This document shows positions 31,886 to 41,813 of a stretch of 64,000 nt of DNA, piece by piece. Both the position numbers and the translations under genes were made by a program. A model generated the notes under the pieces. The model saw only the letters and a program-made list of their open reading frames with translations. It did no database searches and was not told the DNA's origin. The stretch is taken from assembly GCA_963754315.1 (NCBI GenBank), contig CAVWFS010000019.1, forward strand, positions 1 through 64,000, written 5' to 3'. Position 1 is the stretch's first letter, and every line of letters begins with the position of its first letter. The DNA comes from an uncultured Candidatus Rokubacteria bacterium (GTDB lineage Bacteria > Methylomirabilota > Methylomirabilia > Rokubacteriales > CSP1-6).

Positions 31886-32881
31886 ATGCGCTGGGTGCTC
31901 GTCGTGGGGTTCGAGCAGGCGGCAGACTTCGGGCTCGACTTTCGCGACGAACTGCTGGCCATGGGCCACCAAGTCCGAACCTTCGCATACCGACGCGCCA
32001 ACATCCTCTACAAGAACAAGAGCACCAAGGCTGCCTATCAGTTGTTCATTCTCCGTCGCCTGGAGCGGCTGTGCTTACGGTGGCGCCCTCATCTCGTCCT
32101 CGTGCTCAAGGGGGGGCCGATCACTCCGGGCCTCATCCGGCGGGTGAAGGCACGCACGGACACGTTGTTCCTCAACGTCTTTCCGGACAATCCGCTCTGG
32201 ATGATCCCCTTCGAGCACATCGAGCCCTACGACGTCTTCTTCACGAAGGAACGATACGCCATGCGCGAGCTGCAGCTGGCGGGGCTCCGAAATCTCTACT
32301 ACCTTCCCCTCTACTGCGTACCCTCCTTCCAGCATCCGGTGGCGCTTTCGCCGGAGGAGGCCTCCCGTCTCGAAGGCACCGTAGCTCTCGTGGGACGTCA
32401 CTATCCCTTTCGGGAGCGCTTCGTGCGTGAGCTGACGGATTACCCGCTCCGCGTGTGGGGACCCGGCTGGGAGCACGTCACCGATCACCGCGTCCGCTCG
32501 GTGGTCGCGGGGGGAGCGGTGTGGGGACGCGCCAAATTCGCGATCTATTCGGGAGCGGCCCTCTCCCTCAACCTTCATCACCCCATGAACGATGTGGTCG
32601 GCGTGAACATTCGCACGTTCGAACTGGCCGCCGCCGGCGCCTGTCAGGTCGTCGATCTCAAGGAGGACCTCGGCGCGCTCTTCAAGCCGGGAGAGGAGAT
32701 GATCACGTTCCGGGATCTCGGCGAGCTCAAGCGTCAGCTCGCCGCCCACCTCGCCCATCCGGAGGAAGCGCGCGCCATCGGCGAGAACGCGCGGCGGCGG
32801 GCCCTGGCCGAGCACACCCTGCGCCATCGTTTGGAGGAGATCGTCTTCGCCGTCGAGGAGCGCTTCGGGCGCCGGACGTGA
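31886..32881 (+). CDS. CgeB-like glycosyltransferase
   Basis: VLVLKG, FPDNP, VWGPGW, NIRTFELAAAGA, ALAEHTLRHR. Confidence 0.8.
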   Translation: MRWVLVVGFEQAADFGLDFRDELLAMGHQVRTFAYRRANILYKNKSTKAAYQLFILRRLERLCLRWRPHLVLVLKGGPITPGLIRRVKARTDTLFLNVFPDNPLWMIPFEHIEPYDVFFTKERYAMRELQLAGLRNLYYLPLYCVPSFQHPVALSPEEASRLEGTVALVGRHYPFRERFVRELTDYPLRVWGPGWEHVTDHRVRSVVAGGAVWGRAKFAIYSGAALSLNLHHPMNDVVGVNIRTFELAAAGACQVVDLKEDLGALFKPGEEMITFRDLGELKRQLAAHLAHPEEARAIGENARRRALAEHTLRHRLEEIVFAVEERFGRRT

Positions 32882-34116
32882 CGAATTCGCTCGCGCAGGG
32901 CCTCGCCTGTATCGAGTGCCCGAAGACATTCCCTCTCACCTATCGGTTACAGTGTGCGTCGTGCGGCGGGCTTCTGGAAATCTACTACGACCTCGACATC
33001 ATGCGCCAGCGCGGTCCAGCTCTCCTGGCCGGCCGCGGTCTCTGGCGTTATGCCGCCGTGCTTCCGGTGGTCGACCCGTCCCATCGCATCACGCTCGGCG
33101 AGGGAGCGACCCCGTACCTCGAGTGTCCGCGGCTGGCGGCAGATCTCGGAGTGCGGGCCCTGGCCGTCAAGTTCGAGGGCGCCAATCCGACCGGCAGCGT
33201 GAAAGACCGCACCTCGGCGACCGCCGTCGGGGCCGCTCGCGCGTTCGGTTTCGAGGCGGTCTCCGTCGTCAGCACCGGTAACGCCGGCTCCTCGGTGGCG
33301 GCTTACGCGACGCGCGCCGGGCTGCGCGCCTTCATCTTCGCCTACGAACGCGCCTCAGCCCCAAAGCTGCTTCACATGGCCGCCACCGCTTCCGATCTCA
33401 TTCTCTACACCGGCGTTTACGATGACCTCATCGGCCATTGGGATCGGCTGGTCGACGATGGTCTCTTCTTCGACGCCGGCGCCTCCCGCAACCCGTACAA
33501 ACACGAGGGGAAGAAGACCTTGGCCTACGAGATCGCCGAGCAGAGTGGCTGGAATCCCCCCGACGTGCTGGTGGCGCCGGTCGCGGTGGGGGAGACGTTC
33601 ATCGCCACTGCCCGCGGCTTCCGCGAACTCCGTCAGGCCGGCTGGATAACCCGCGTCCCGTCATTGATCGCGGCCCAAGCCACACGGGCGAACGCCATCA
33701 GCCGCGCGCACACAGCCGGAATGCCGCTCAGGCCGATCAAGATCGGATATACGGTCGCCGAGGGACTGGCCGCGGGGAATCCGGGGCGCAAGGGAGAGTG
33801 GGTTCTCAGATGGCTCCGCGAGCAGAACGGTCTCGCCGCCGACGTCGAGGACGAGGACATCCTCGCGGCGCAGCGACGCCTGGCTCGGAGCGAAGGGATC
33901 TGGGCCGGCCCAACCGGAGTCGCCCCCCTCGCTGTCCTGATCAAACTACTCGCCGAGAAACGTGTGGACCCCGGGCAGCGCTTCGGCATCATCGTCACCG
34001 AGACCGGCCTCAAGTCCGAGGCGGCCCTGCCCACCCGGCAGGGCGTCGCCTACGACTATGCATCCCTCCGCCGACTGGTCGAGCAACGACTGCGCAGCCC
34101 CGTGACGTCGCCCTAA
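32878..34116 (+). CDS. thrC: Threonine synthase-like fold-type II PLP enzyme
   Basis: N-terminal Cys pairs, LWRY, TLGEGATP, KFEGANPTGSVKDR, STGNAG, EGKKT, TETGLK; actual substrate unproven. Confidence 0.7.
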   Translation: MTNSLAQGLACIECPKTFPLTYRLQCASCGGLLEIYYDLDIMRQRGPALLAGRGLWRYAAVLPVVDPSHRITLGEGATPYLECPRLAADLGVRALAVKFEGANPTGSVKDRTSATAVGAARAFGFEAVSVVSTGNAGSSVAAYATRAGLRAFIFAYERASAPKLLHMAATASDLILYTGVYDDLIGHWDRLVDDGLFFDAGASRNPYKHEGKKTLAYEIAEQSGWNPPDVLVAPVAVGETFIATARGFRELRQAGWITRVPSLIAAQATRANAISRAHTAGMPLRPIKIGYTVAEGLAAGNPGRKGEWVLRWLREQNGLAADVEDEDILAAQRRLARSEGIWAGPTGVAPLAVLIKLLAEKRVDPGQRFGIIVTETGLKSEAALPTRQGVAYDYASLRRLVEQRLRSPVTSP

Positions 34117-34120
34117 GCCG

Positions 34121-34708
34121 TTGCCTCTCGAGCGAGCGTTCTATCTTCGATCCGCGCCCATGGTGGCCCGCGATCTTCTGGGCTGTTTGCTCGTCGCGCG
34201 CCACGGTCCCATCCTGACGGCCGGTCGTATCGTGGAGACAGAGGCATATCTCGGACCCGAGGACGGGGCCTCGCATGCTGCTTTCCGGCCGAGCAGTCAG
34301 GCGCTCTTCTATGGGCCCGGCGGCTTCGCCTACGTCTATCAAGCGTATGGGCTTCACTACTGTCTGAACGCCATCGCCGACCGAGCGGGTCGACCCGGCT
34401 GCGTGTTGATCCGGGCACTCGAGCCGGTTGAGGGCATGGCGGTCATGGCGCAGCGACGGGACCTACCTCCCAACTCACCACGCCTGGTGAGCGGCCCGGG
34501 CAATCTCACCCGCGCCCTCGGGATCACCCGGCGCCAGAACGGCGCCGACCTCACGGCTGGGCCCCTCATCATCGAGCCCAGGACGGTTCGCCCTCGGGTC
34601 GTCAGCGGTCCCCGCATCGGAATCACACGGGCCATGCACCTCCCTCTACGCTTCTGGATCGCCGGCAGTCGTTACGTCACGGGGAATCGGCGTTGCCGAT
34701 CCGGATAA
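34121..34708 (+). CDS. DNA-3-methyladenine glycosylase (MPG/Aag family)
   Basis: ARDLLG, IVETEAY, YVY, VLIRALEP, GPG, GPRIGI. Confidence 0.92.
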   Translation: MPLERAFYLRSAPMVARDLLGCLLVARHGPILTAGRIVETEAYLGPEDGASHAAFRPSSQALFYGPGGFAYVYQAYGLHYCLNAIADRAGRPGCVLIRALEPVEGMAVMAQRRDLPPNSPRLVSGPGNLTRALGITRRQNGADLTAGPLIIEPRTVRPRVVSGPRIGITRAMHLPLRFWIAGSRYVTGNRRCRSG

Positions 34709-34784
34709 GGAAGGGCTTGGCTCGAGAACTTTCTCCGCATGAGGGCGCTGTGAATCCAAGATCCCGATTTTTCGGGCCATTTTG

Positions 34785-34814
34785 TTGACACCTTTCGACG
34801 CCGGTGGGTATGAT
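34785..34814 (+). promoter_or_regulatory. sigma70 promoter of the tol-pal operon
   Basis: TTGACA, 18-nt spacer, TATGAT, 26 nt before the tolQ start. Confidence 0.75.
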
Positions 34815-34840
34815 GCTCAAAAGCCTATGAGGAAACGAGA

Positions 34841-35566
34841 GTGCCCGCCGAGAACCTGAGCGCAAGCGTCTTCGACCTCCTGCTGAGCGCGGGGCCCGTC
34901 GCCAAAGCTGTCCTCGCCGTCCTCCTGCTCTTCTCGATCGTGAGCTGGGCGCTCATCGTCGAGAAATGGTGGCAGTTCCGCCGCGTGCGGGGGCAGAGTG
35001 TGGCCTTTCTCAGGATCTTCCGGGAGGGTCGTCGGCCCTCGGCCGTGATGGGCGCCGCGCGCAAGCTGCGCGAAAGCCCGCTCGCCAACCTCTACCTCGC
35101 GGGGTACCACGAGGTGGCGGGGATCTCCGAGATTGCCGACCGAGTCCTTGACGAGGCCGAAGAAGGGTTGCCGCCCGACCGTCTCGACTTTGCTCAGCGC
35201 GCCCTGCGGCGGACGGCTGGCCATGAGGTAATGCGTCTCGAACGATACTTGCCGTTCCTGGCCACCACGGCCAGCGTGACTCCTTTCATCGGTCTCTTCG
35301 GAACGGTGTGGGGAGTCATCACCGCCTTCCACGGAATAGGCCAGCAGGGATCGGCCAGCTTGGCGGTGGTGGCTCCGGGAATCTCCGAGGCGCTCATCGC
35401 GACCGCGGCCGGCCTGGGGGCTGCCATCCCCGCCGTAATCGGCTACAACTTCTACCTGAACCGTGTGCGCCACTGGGCCACGGAGATGGACGGGTTCATC
35501 CTCGACCTCCTCAATCTCCTGAGCCGTCCTGCGCCCAGGATGGCGCGTCCCGCCAAGGATGTTTAA
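34841..35566 (+). CDS. tolQ: TolQ
   Basis: FLATTASVTPFIGLFGTVWG, VAPGISEALIATAAGL; first gene of the tol-pal cluster. Confidence 0.92.
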   Translation: MPAENLSASVFDLLLSAGPVAKAVLAVLLLFSIVSWALIVEKWWQFRRVRGQSVAFLRIFREGRRPSAVMGAARKLRESPLANLYLAGYHEVAGISEIADRVLDEAEEGLPPDRLDFAQRALRRTAGHEVMRLERYLPFLATTASVTPFIGLFGTVWGVITAFHGIGQQGSASLAVVAPGISEALIATAAGLGAAIPAVIGYNFYLNRVRHWATEMDGFILDLLNLLSRPAPRMARPAKDV

Positions 35567-35984
35567 GCCCGAAGCGACCGGCAGCGGCGACCGCACGAGC
35601 TCCTCGCTGGCCGAGATCAACATCATCCCGCTCGTCGACGTGGTGCTGGTGCTCCTGCTCATCTTCATGCTGACGGCGCCCATGATGTACCGCGGGATCG
35701 ACGTTAATCTCCCGAAGGCCTCTGCGAAGCCTACCGCCGTGGAGGAGCGGATGGTCCTCACCGTGACCAAGGACCGAACGCTCTACTTGAACGAAAAGCC
35801 CGTTCCTGCCGCCACCCTCGACACTCAGCTGGCGTCTGCGTTTCGCGACCGCAAGGACAAGACGCTCTATCTGAAGGCTGACGCCGGCCTGCCCTATGGC
35901 GCTGTGGTTGAGACAATGGATCGAGTTCGGCGGGCGGGCATCGAACGGCTCGGCATGGTCACGGAGCCCGCGCGCGGGCAATGA
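35559..35984 (+). CDS. tolR: TolR/ExbD
   Basis: EINIIPLVDVVLVLLLIFMLTAP, LKAD, YG. Confidence 0.92.
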   Translation: MFKPEATGSGDRTSSSLAEINIIPLVDVVLVLLLIFMLTAPMMYRGIDVNLPKASAKPTAVEERMVLTVTKDRTLYLNEKPVPAATLDTQLASAFRDRKDKTLYLKADAGLPYGAVVETMDRVRRAGIERLGMVTEPARGQ

Positions 35985-35997
35985 TGCGGGGCTGCTG

Positions 35998-36880
35998 ATG
36001 GTCGCCACGGCGACGATCCGGATGCCTCCCCGATCCTTCCGCGGGCCTGCCATTGTGCGGGCGTCGTGGCCGCTCAGGAGCATCGTGCTCTCGGCGCTCG
36101 TGCATGGCGTAGGCGTCGCGCTGGTGGTGATCGCGGCGCTCTGGTGGCGCCCCGAGCCCACCAAGGCCTACGTCGTCAATCTCGTGCCCGCCGTGCCAGC
36201 TCAGGGAAGTCCGACCGGTCAGACGATTACCCCCACAGCACCTCAGCGGGCCGTCGAGCCCGCGCCTCCGCCCAAGCCGGAAAGGGTCACGTCTCCGCCA
36301 CCCGACCTGCCCGTTCGTGAGGTGGCGCCCAAGCCGTCGCGGGCCGTCACCTTGCCGGATCTTCCCGCCCGATCTGCGCCGCAAACTCCCCGAGATGCCA
36401 GCGCGGGAGTTACCGCGTGTTGCGGCCAAACCTGGGCAAAAGGAACTGCCTGCGCTGGCGCCACCGTCGCTTCCTGGGCGGACCGGTCCCATCACAGCGT
36501 CTCGCGAGGCGGCCCCGCCGCCACCCCCAACCCCGCTCGGCAGACCAACGGGCGTGGCCCAGGGCAGTGGCGCCGCGGCGAGCGCCGAAGGAGATTTCCC
36601 GTTCCAGTGGTACCTCACGGCTGTCCAGCGGAAGGTCTACGAGCAGTGGACACAGCCGCTCAACAGCGCGCAGGGGCAAAAAGCGGTCGTCGTATTCGAG
36701 ATCGCCCGCAACGGCGAGGTTGGCCGTGCGCGTGTCGAGAAAACATCAGGCGATCCCACGTACGATCTGGCCGCCCTGCGCGCGGTCACCAACGCCAACC
36801 CGCTTCCCCCGCTGCCCGAGCAGTACAAGGGGACCATGCTCCGAGTACACTTTGGTTTTGAGTTCACCGGGCGCGGTTAA
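35998..36880 (+). CDS. tolA: TolA/TonB-like energy transducer (frameshift ~36365)
   Basis: TM with SALVH, Pro-rich linker, C-terminal VFEIARNG...SG...YDLAALRAV...PLP. Confidence 0.8.
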
Positions 36881-36904
36881 CTGTCGACTCGTCGAGGGGT
36901 TATC

Positions 36905-38230
36905 GTGACAATACGTCGGATCGTGCTCATCGGTCTTTGCCTGTCTGTCGTGGCGCTCCCGCTCGTCCTGACGCGGCCGCCCGCCCCCCGTGCTCAGGGT
37001 GTTGACGTCTTCCTCAATGTCACGGGAGGCGGGGCCAAGAAGCTCAACATCGCCATTCCCGAGTTCACGCTCGTGTCTGGCGCCGACTCGGCGGGTGCCG
37101 CCAAGTCGGTGGCCAGCATCATCGGAGCCGACCTGACCTTCTCGGGATTGTTCCAGGTCGCCACCGCGACCGGTCCCCCTCCTCGCGACAACCCAGAAGC
37201 CCTCAGAAAGCTGTGGTCTGACTTCGCCGCGGCCGGCGCTCACGCGGGGCTGCACGGCCTCTTGACCGTGCGCGGTGATCGGCTCGAGGTCGAGGCGCGG
37301 CTGTACGACCTGACCTCGCCCGACCAGCGCGCGATCGCCGCCAAGAAGTTCAATCTGTCATCCGCCCAGATGCGGCGCCTCGCCCATCTGATCGCCGACG
37401 ATGTTGTGCTCCAGTTCACTGGCCAGCCCGGCATCGCCGACACCAAGGTGGCCTTCACGCGGGTCGCGGGCACCGCCAAGGAAATCTACGTGGCGGACTA
37501 CGACGGGGCGGGTCCGGCCCCCGTCACTCGAAACGGCTCGGTGAACCTCAGTCCGGCCTGGAGCCCTGACGTCCGCTCCCTCGCCTTTACCTCGTTCTCG
37601 CGCGGATATCCGGATCTCTACCGGGCCTTCCCGTTCGAGCGTCGGCCCGAGCAGGTGCTGGCGGCCTTCCAGGGTATCAATACCTCACCGGCGTTCAGCC
37701 CCGACGGTCAACGGGTGGCGTTGACGTTGTCCAAGGACGGCAACCCGGAGATCTACGTTCTTACCCTGGGGACTGGCGCCTTCCAGCGGCTCACGCGCCA
37801 CCCCGCCATCGACACAGAACCGAACTGGTCGCCCGACGGTCGGCAACTCGTGTTCATCTCCGACCGAGGGGGCTCGCCGCGCCTCTTCGTGATGGACACG
37901 GAAGGTGGCAGCCTCCGTCAACTGACGAATGGCGGTCACCACACCCAGCCGCGCTGGTCGCCCCGCGGGGACGTGATCGCCTTCACCGCGCGCGCGGGAG
38001 GCTTCCACATCTGGGCGGTCAACGCCGACGGCACGAACGCGCGGAAGCTGACCGAGGCGGGGGATAATCAAAGCGCCACCTGGTCGCCGGACGGGAGACA
38101 TTTGGCCTTTCAAACGAGCCGCCTCGGAGGGTGGCAGATCTTCGCGATGTTCCCCGACGGCTCCCAGCAGGCGCCGCTCATCCGTGGGGGAACGGATACA
38201 AGTCCGTCGTGGTCGTCACGTCTACCGTGA
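36905..38230 (+). CDS. tolB: TolB
   Basis: TolB N-domain (RRLAHLIADD), repeated PD40 WSPDG motifs. Confidence 0.93.
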   Translation: MTIRRIVLIGLCLSVVALPLVLTRPPAPRAQGVDVFLNVTGGGAKKLNIAIPEFTLVSGADSAGAAKSVASIIGADLTFSGLFQVATATGPPPRDNPEALRKLWSDFAAAGAHAGLHGLLTVRGDRLEVEARLYDLTSPDQRAIAAKKFNLSSAQMRRLAHLIADDVVLQFTGQPGIADTKVAFTRVAGTAKEIYVADYDGAGPAPVTRNGSVNLSPAWSPDVRSLAFTSFSRGYPDLYRAFPFERRPEQVLAAFQGINTSPAFSPDGQRVALTLSKDGNPEIYVLTLGTGAFQRLTRHPAIDTEPNWSPDGRQLVFISDRGGSPRLFVMDTEGGSLRQLTNGGHHTQPRWSPRGDVIAFTARAGGFHIWAVNADGTNARKLTEAGDNQSATWSPDGRHLAFQTSRLGGWQIFAMFPDGSQQAPLIRGGTDTSPSWSSRLP

Positions 38231-38278
38231 TAGGATCAAACTCGCTGCGAACAACTGCGCGTGTTACAAGGAGGCAAC

Positions 38279-38905
38279 ATGGTCACCCGGGCCTTCCACC
38301 TCGCGGCAGTCTCTCTCCTCGTCTCGGTCACGATTTTCGCTGGCTGCGCGAAGCGTCCCGCGATGACGCAGGCCTCGGCGCCTCCCCCCGCCGTCGCGCC
38401 GGCGCCCGTGGCCGCTCCGCCGCCTCCGCCGCCGCCTCCGCCAGTCGTCGTACAGGAGACGGTGAAGGAGACAGTCACGGTGACACCCATGCCGGCGCCA
38501 GCCACACCGGCTCCGGCCGCGCCAGCCCAACCCGCTCCGCGGCCAGCGCCGAAGGAGTTCGCGGTCAACCCGAACGTCAAGGACATCTTCTTCGACTTCG
38601 ACAAGTACAACATCCGTCCGGGTGACGCGAAGATCCTTGACGAAAACGCGGCGTGGCTGAAGGCGAACCCCGGTCAGCTGGTGCTGATCGAGGGGCACTG
38701 TGACGAGCGCGGCACGGTCGAGTACAACCTCGCGCTCGGCGAGCGGCGCGCAAAGGCGGCCATGAACTATCTGGTCGCCCAGGGCGTGCAGGCCAGCCGC
38801 TTCACGGTGATCAGCTACGGCAAGGAGCGCCCCTTCTGCAGGGAAAGCAATGAGGCATGCTGGGCACAGAACCGGCGCGACCACTTCTTGGTCAAAGCGC
38901 AGTAA
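38279..38905 (+). CDS. pal: Peptidoglycan-associated lipoprotein
   Basis: FAGC lipobox; FDFDK, EGHCDERGTVEYNLALGERRA, SYGKERP, NRR. Confidence 0.95.
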   Translation: MVTRAFHLAAVSLLVSVTIFAGCAKRPAMTQASAPPPAVAPAPVAAPPPPPPPPPVVVQETVKETVTVTPMPAPATPAPAAPAQPAPRPAPKEFAVNPNVKDIFFDFDKYNIRPGDAKILDENAAWLKANPGQLVLIEGHCDERGTVEYNLALGERRAKAAMNYLVAQGVQASRFTVISYGKERPFCRESNEACWAQNRRDHFLVKAQ

Positions 38906-39894
38906 CGGCTGACCCCGCGGCGAGGAGAAGCGCGCTTCTCCTCGCCGCGACCCTCCTGCTCTGCGGTTGCACGAGCGTGGCCGAGGTCACGGGTACCGCC
39001 ACGCAGGAAGAGCTCATGCGAGTCCGGAGCGACGTTACCCGGCTCCAGCAATCTGTCCAGCGTTTGCAGGGGGGCGTCGAGGCAGGTGTCGCTGCCTCTA
39101 CCACACGGACGCGCGAGCAGGTCCAGCAGACAGAGCAACAGGTAGGTGCCCTGTCCCGGCGCCTGGAATCTCTCGCCACTTCTGTGACGACCCTCAGCGC
39201 TCGAGTCGACGAGCTGAGCACACGCCTGGATAGCCAGGCCCGACAATCACGCGCCGCGCCGCCGCCAGCGTTAGGGCGTCCAGCACCGAGTCCCCCGAGC
39301 GCGTCGGTGCCCCCAGCACCGAGTCCCCCGAGTGCGCCCGCGGCTCCAGCACCGAGTCCCCCGAGCGCAGCGGTGTCCCCTGCTCCGATTCCTCCGAGCG
39401 CATCAGTGGCTCCCGCCCCGAGCCCGCCCCCGGCGGGATCGGTATCGCCTGTTCCGCGGCCGACCAACGCCACAGCTCCCCAGGACGCCTACCAGGCCGC
39501 ATACATTGATTTCAGCAAGGGCAGTTACCCCATCGCCATCACGGGTTTTCGGGAATTCATACGGCGCTATCCCGACCATCCCCTGGCTGGAAGCGCGCAG
39601 TACTGGGTCGGTGAGGCCCAGCTGGGCCTCGCACGTGGTCAGGCCAACGCTGGGCAGACGGACAGGTCGACGCAGGCAATGGAGCAGGCGGTACTGGAGT
39701 TCAGGAGGGTCGTAGCGAACTACCCGCGGAGCGACAAAACTCCGTCCGCCCTCTACAAGGAGGCCCTGGTTCTCATCGAGCTGAAGCAGCCCGCAGTCGC
39801 CCAAGCTCGCCTTCAGTACCTGGTCGATAACTTCCCGCAGGCCGCGGAGACCATGCTCGCGCGCGAGAAGCTCGCTGCCCTCAAAGAGCGGTAG
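38902..39894 (+). CDS. cpoB: CpoB/YbgF TPR lipoprotein (start uncertain)
   Basis: LCGC lipobox, coiled coil, Pro-rich linker, YQAAY...F...YP...AQYWVGE TPRs; follows pal. Confidence 0.85.
   Translation, partial: VTADPAARRSALLLAATLLLCGCTSVAEVTGTATQEELMRVRSDVTRLQQSVQRLQGGVEAGVAASTTRTREQVQQTEQQVGALSRRLESLATSVTTLSARVDELSTRLDSQARQSRAAPPPALGRPAPSPPSASVPPAPSPPSAPAAPAPSPPSAAVSPAPIPPSASVAPAPSPPPAGSVSPVPRPTNATAPQDAYQAAYIDFSKGSYPIAITGFREFIRRYPDHPLAGSAQYWVGEAQLGLARGQANAGQTDRSTQAMEQAVLEFRRVVANYPRSDKTPSALYKEALVLIELKQPAVAQARLQYLVDNFPQAAETMLAREKLAALKER
39280..39432 (+). repeat. Coding 30-36 bp tandem repeat (PAPSPPSA) in the cpoB linker
   Basis: CCAGCACCGAGTCCCCCGAG three times plus two diverged copies. Confidence 0.8.
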
Positions 39895-39904
39895 CTTAGC
39901 TCGT

Positions 39905-40045
39905 ACGTTCCCTGGGTGCCCCGAGCATCGTGGCCTTGGGATGGCGGTTCGAGGCCCCACCACCGCTCGTATACCCGAGGGGCGCCACGGGTCCCCCGGG
40001 GTGCCCCGAGCATCGGGGGCTTGGGGGGCCAGTTCGGGGCCCCCC
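39905..40045 (-). repeat. Two-hairpin REP-like element, locus B (one full plus one degenerate unit)
   Basis: Reverse complement GGGGGGCCCCGAACTGGCCCCCCAAGCCCCCGATGCTCGGGGCACCCCGGGGGACCCGTGGCGCCCCTCG. Confidence 0.8.
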
Positions 40046-40054
40046 AACATAAAG

Positions 40055-40516
40055 TCAATCAGCAAACACCCACACCACAGCCACCTTGTCAGGTGTGTGG
40101 TACACCATCGTCCCCCCCGGATACTGGGTGTCAGCGGAGGTCACAACCACAGACTCCTCAGGCCCGAAGGGCCAGCTCCCGAACCACAGCACAAGGGACA
40201 AGGCCGCGGCGGCCACAGCCGTACCGCTGACTGCCCAGCGGGGGGTGGTCCAGCGCCGGCGAGCGGCCGCAATCGGTGACCGGGGGCGGTCCTCGACCCC
40301 CCGGACGATTCCGGGCCAGAAGGCGGTCCAGTCCGGCTCGGGGGGGGCCACCATGGCCTGGTGGAGCAAAGCCTGGAGGCGGCGAAGGGCATCGGCTTCC
40401 TTCCGACACCGCCCGCAGTTCCGCAGGTGCCGCTCGACCGTCCGGGAAGCGGCGTCATCCAGAGCGCCGTCGAGGTAGGATCCGAGCCGGCGACGCGAGA
40501 CGAGACAAATCACCAC
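40055..40516 (-). CDS. zf-HC2 anti-sigma factor
   Basis: C...LGSYLDGAL, HLRNCGRC, one TM, short periplasmic tail. Confidence 0.85.
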   Translation of the reverse strand: MVICLVSRRRLGSYLDGALDDAASRTVERHLRNCGRCRKEADALRRLQALLHQAMVAPPEPDWTAFWPGIVRGVEDRPRSPIAAARRRWTTPRWAVSGTAVAAAALSLVLWFGSWPFGPEESVVVTSADTQYPGGTMVYHTPDKVAVVWVFAD

Positions 40517-40560
40517 GTCAGTTGGACGGCCCTGGCTAGGATCGTTATTCTCATGGGGTC

Positions 40561-41238
40561 ATGATAGCCGAGGCCGATCTGGCGTTCCTAACCCCCGATG
40601 GCATCACCCTGGAAGGCCGTATCGCGGTACCGCCGGGGGCCCCGGGAGGTATGGTGTTCTGTCACCCACACCCCCTCCATGGAGGGGACATGGACAACCC
40701 TGTCGTCATCCGATGCCAGGAGGTGTGTGCTGCCCTCGGGCTGGCCACCCTGCGCTTCAACTTTCGCGGAGTGGGGCGTTCGACAGGCTCCCATGCCGGC
40801 GGCGTCGCCGAGCGGCTCGACGTCGAGGCCGCCCTCACTGAGCTCCACAAAGCCCTGGGAAGGGACGAGATAGGACTGGTCGGATACTCCTTTGGAGCAG
40901 CGGTGGCCGCCCAGGTGGCCGCGACCGGAGCGAAGCTCGTGGGCCTGGGTCTGATCGCACCTCCGTTGGCGCTCGAGGACCTTGCCCTCCCACCTCCCCT
41001 AGGGGGGCTGTCGAGCTCCATCCTCATCGTGGCAGGCACCCAGGACCAGTACTGTCCACCGACGGCTCTGAAGAAGGTCTCCGAGCAGTTCGCAACTGCG
41101 CAGATTCGCATCGTGGAGGGCGCGAACCACTTCTTCTTCGGCAAGCTGTTTCCTCTCGGCGAAACGGTCGCAGCCTGGGTCCGGTCGGTCTTCGGGTTAG
41201 ACACGCGGGAGCCGGGGCGGGGTGGCGGTGCCAGCTGA
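40561..41238 (+). CDS. Alpha/beta hydrolase
   Basis: CHPHPLHGGDMDN, RFNFRGVG, GYSFG, GANHFF. Confidence 0.9.
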   Translation: MIAEADLAFLTPDGITLEGRIAVPPGAPGGMVFCHPHPLHGGDMDNPVVIRCQEVCAALGLATLRFNFRGVGRSTGSHAGGVAERLDVEAALTELHKALGRDEIGLVGYSFGAAVAAQVAATGAKLVGLGLIAPPLALEDLALPPPLGGLSSSILIVAGTQDQYCPPTALKKVSEQFATAQIRIVEGANHFFFGKLFPLGETVAAWVRSVFGLDTREPGRGGGAS

Positions 41239-41802
41239 GAAGATGATCCGGATGCCCTCTTCGACGCCGATACCCGTGTGGATCACATCCTGGCGCGGGA
41301 CCACCACGACCTCGCCCAGATAGAGGTTGTTGGTGGGAATGAAGACGGTCACCATCTCGCGCTTTCCCCCGGGGGTCTCGACGAGTACCTCGCTCGTGAC
41401 AAAGCCAAAGGCGTACGCCCCTTCGCGCGGATGCTGTACGAGGACGACGGCCTTAAAGGCGCTGCGCCGCTCGGGCGAGAAGGAGTCGATGAGCATCTTC
41501 ACCGACGGGTACAGCAGCCGATAGATGGGCAGATTGAGGAGGAATCGCTCTCCCCAGCCCAGCACTCGCCGTCCCACCACGTTCCGGGCGATGATCCCCA
41601 TGACCAGGATGATGGCCACCGCGGTGAGGAACCCCAGCCCGAGGATGGGGCGCCCGAAGATGTGCGCATATAGCGGAGCGAAGAAGTCGTCGATACTGCT
41701 CCAGAAGATCCACAGGAGCCAGGCGGTGGCGATGGCAGGGACGGTAACGAAGAAGCCCGCCACGAAGCGTATCTTGAGCCAGTTCTTGAGCCAGGCCGGC
41801 AT
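41197..41802 (-). CDS. DUF502 membrane protein
   Basis: FVAGFFVTVP, two TMs, VVLVQHPR...FGFVT, VFIPT, FSAG. Confidence 0.85.
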   Translation of the reverse strand: MPAWLKNWLKIRFVAGFFVTVPAIATAWLLWIFWSSIDDFFAPLYAHIFGRPILGLGFLTAVAIILVMGIIARNVVGRRVLGWGERFLLNLPIYRLLYPSVKMLIDSFSPERRSAFKAVVLVQHPREGAYAFGFVTSEVLVETPGGKREMVTVFIPTNNLYLGEVVVVPRQDVIHTGIGVEEGIRIIFSAGTATPPRLPRV

Positions 41803-41813
41803 CAGTAGCTAGC

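Noticed and set aside
29697..34116. Apparent long fusion ORFs 29697..31703, 31550..32881 and 32455..34116
   Set aside because: Their N-terminal parts are off-frame read-through of neighbouring genes or repeats; the real starts lie downstream.
39280..39432. cpoB internal repeats as a separate element
   Set aside because: In-frame Pro-rich linker expansion, ordinary for envelope proteins.
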